Assembly (NCBI GenBank): GCA_030688545.1
Contig: JAUYHT010000008.1
Span: 90,001 to 122,000 of the forward strand
Length of the DNA: 32,000 bases
Origin: Candidatus Iainarchaeum sp.
GTDB taxonomy: Archaea; Iainarchaeota; Iainarchaeia; Iainarchaeales; VGJJ01
Reading direction: 5' to 3'
Under the pieces are notes generated by a model. That model ran no database searches, had not been told where the DNA came from, and was given only the letters and a program-made list of their open reading frames with translations. The translations under genes were made by a program, and so were the position numbers. Positions 31,611-32,000 of this stretch are shown piece by piece. How positions within the stretch are numbered: the first letter of the stretch is position 1; every line of letters begins with the position of its first letter.

Positions 31611-32000
31611 TTAAATCCACTTTTTCTTGTTTAGGGCAGCCCACACAATTTTTTCAATGAGTTGATGACCTTTATTATTCGGGTGAATTCCATCATTCAA
31701 TGTAGAAATGAACGTTTTATTATTTAATATAGCAAATGCGTTGACAAAATAGACTTTTTCCTCCATACAAATTTTCTTCAAGGCTTCGTTGTACTTTTCA
31801 AATTGCTTTAAACGATACGACCCTTTTGGGTACCATGGAATTGGATCTACTTTGCTTTCATCGCATGGCTTTATTCCCAAGAAAACCATTTTATCTGAAT
31901 ACCTTCGCGTCATCTTTATTAGACGACGAATATTGCGCTTGAATATAGGTAGAGCAACCTTATTTTGTTTCTTTTTAGGTAACCAGATAGCATCGTTCCC
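31611..32000 (-). CDS. SGNH/GDSL-type hydrolase (5' end beyond the window)
   Basis: The track lists only 31611..31913, but the frame stays open to position 32000 (GNDAIWLPKKKQNKVALPIFKRNIRRLIKMTRRY...). GNDAIW is SGNH block III and DGIHPNNKGH is block V (the catalytic Asp..His). Confidence 0.7.
   Translation of the reverse strand, partial: GNDAIWLPKKKQNKVALPIFKRNIRRLIKMTRRYSDKMVFLGIKPCDESKVDPIPWYPKGSYRLKQFEKYNEALKKICMEEKVYFVNAFAILNNKTFISTLNDGIHPNNKGHQLIEKIVWAALNKKKWI

Larger units (their letters stand above)
13260..32000. mobile_element. integrated element / genomic island at tRNA-Arg (right end not seen, or possibly at ~30998)
   Basis: Base composition drops sharply right after the tRNA. 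A tyrosine integrase gene starts 66 nt downstream of the tRNA. Housekeeping genes stop here and are replaced by cargo, plasmid-like and orphan genes. Confidence 0.7.

Noticed and set aside
1-32000. CRISPR arrays, rRNA genes, IS/transposase genes, additional tRNAs
   Set aside because: I found no regularly spaced 25-40-bp direct repeats, no rRNA-like conserved stretches, no DDE/transposase-like ORFs and no further cloverleaf candidates while reading both strands. The only periodic repeats are the short ones reported above.

Overview
This window looks like an archaeal chromosomal fragment with two compositionally distinct parts.

(1) Positions 1-13.26 kb are GC-rich; hand counts of sampled lines give roughly mid/upper-50s % GC. 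This part carries housekeeping and DNA-repair genes:
- a minus-strand run of a sigma-70-like HTH protein, Pth2, a circularly permuted GTPase and two membrane/coiled-coil proteins;
- nurA-herA, followed by an orphan His-rich ~430-aa ORF;
- rpoK and rps17e;
- a solitary rad50 with no mre11;
- an archaeal-type AAA ATPase;
- aEF-1beta with its small Zn-ribbon partner;
- tRNA-Arg(TCG).
Several first genes have a TATA-like box 22-30 nt upstream of the ATG, which fits a leaderless architecture.

(2) From the 3' end of the tRNA (about 13.26 kb) to the window end the DNA is AT-rich; a sampled line goes as low as about 23 % GC. It looks like an integrated mobile element:
- a tyrosine integrase sits next to the tRNA;
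- cargo includes a membrane protein, an NmrA-like gene broken by an in-frame TGA, and a MacB-type ABC transporter operon with a membrane-bound wHTH regulator;
- a plasmid/virus-like module has translationally coupled small ORFs (RHH proteins, a Zn-ribbon + P-loop NTPase) and an embedded array of 9-bp-phased GTGCC/GGCAC repeats;
- a distal cluster of orphan genes has defence-like signatures: a DUF3800-like protein, a 4-TM + RNxxxH pair, a HEPN-like protein, an AbrB-like + tail-anchored membrane protein pair, a CDA-family deaminase and an SGNH hydrolase.

I saw no CRISPR array, rRNA or transposase. All functional calls rest on motif recognition by eye; no database search or structure prediction was possible.
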